Shown piece after piece: positions 48,928 to 51,985 of a stretch of DNA of 51,985 nt (position 1 is its first letter; every line of letters begins with the position of its first letter). Below the pieces are notes generated by a model. It made no database searches. It worked only from the letters and a program-made list of their open reading frames with translations, and was not told where the DNA came from. The DNA lies in the NCBI GenBank assembly GCA_049318005.1, contig JBMOHE010000006.1:1-51985 (forward strand), read 5' to 3'. The DNA comes from Patescibacteria group bacterium (GTDB lineage Bacteria > Patescibacteriota > Patescibacteriia > Patescibacteriales > UBA12465). The position numbers were made by a program, and so were the translations under genes.

Positions 48928-48940
48928 AGTTCGTTAACAA
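48928..48940 (+). promoter_or_regulatory. boxA-like antitermination site
   Basis: AGTTCGTTAACAA versus consensus TGCTCTTTAACAA; located in the rRNA leader. Confidence 0.6.
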
Positions 48941-49084
48941 TTCATGTTAGAGTAAAGATACAAAAATATAGAGTAAGTATATATAGATGTCTTATTCCCT
49001 TGTCTCAAATTTTTCGTCCGAGATAAAGGGGCTGTAATAAGATCATCAAAACAGATTTTAACGTTTTTAAAGATAAAAGCGTGG

Positions 49085-51985
<2,901 letters not shown>

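Overview
AT-rich bacterial chromosomal window, genetic code 11, with no transposase, integrase, prophage or CRISPR array seen. The gene content points to a Patescibacteria/CPR (Parcubacteria/ABY1-like) genome (inference): TrbC/VirB2-type pilin, PilT, H+-PPase, few Shine-Dalgarno sites, an unlinked 23S gene and many ORFans. Layout: 1-14.8 kb is a surface-glycan locus (GT2/GT4, methyltransferases, wzm/wzt, AlgI/AlgJ-type O-acetylation pair, GT-C-like membrane protein). 14.8-23 kb holds a CsoR-family regulator with trxA, an exported thioredoxin-fold protein, RluA, a flippase, pilin, nusA and hppA. 23-42.5 kb mixes ORFan transcription units with tig-smpB-tmRNA-tRNA(Leu)-tRNA(Gly), a tandem pair of archaeal-type HPS-like barrels, an SPFH protein, a PyrF-PyrE fusion, pyrD, a peptidase S51 and a GH3-family protein. 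42.8-48.6 kb is rpsA, ftsH, rpmF, nusB, rnc, pilT. From about 49.08 kb a 23S rRNA gene runs off the end. The most unusual signals are: the 23S leader (promoter, 13-codon uORF, terminator hairpin, boxA-like site; a possible translation-coupled attenuator of rRNA synthesis), boxA-like motifs behind ORFan promoters, structured leaders of rpsA and nusA, two tandem pairs of degenerate enzymes, and a 42-bp repeat in a putative glycan-length ruler. All family assignments come from motif recognition by eye, not from database searches.
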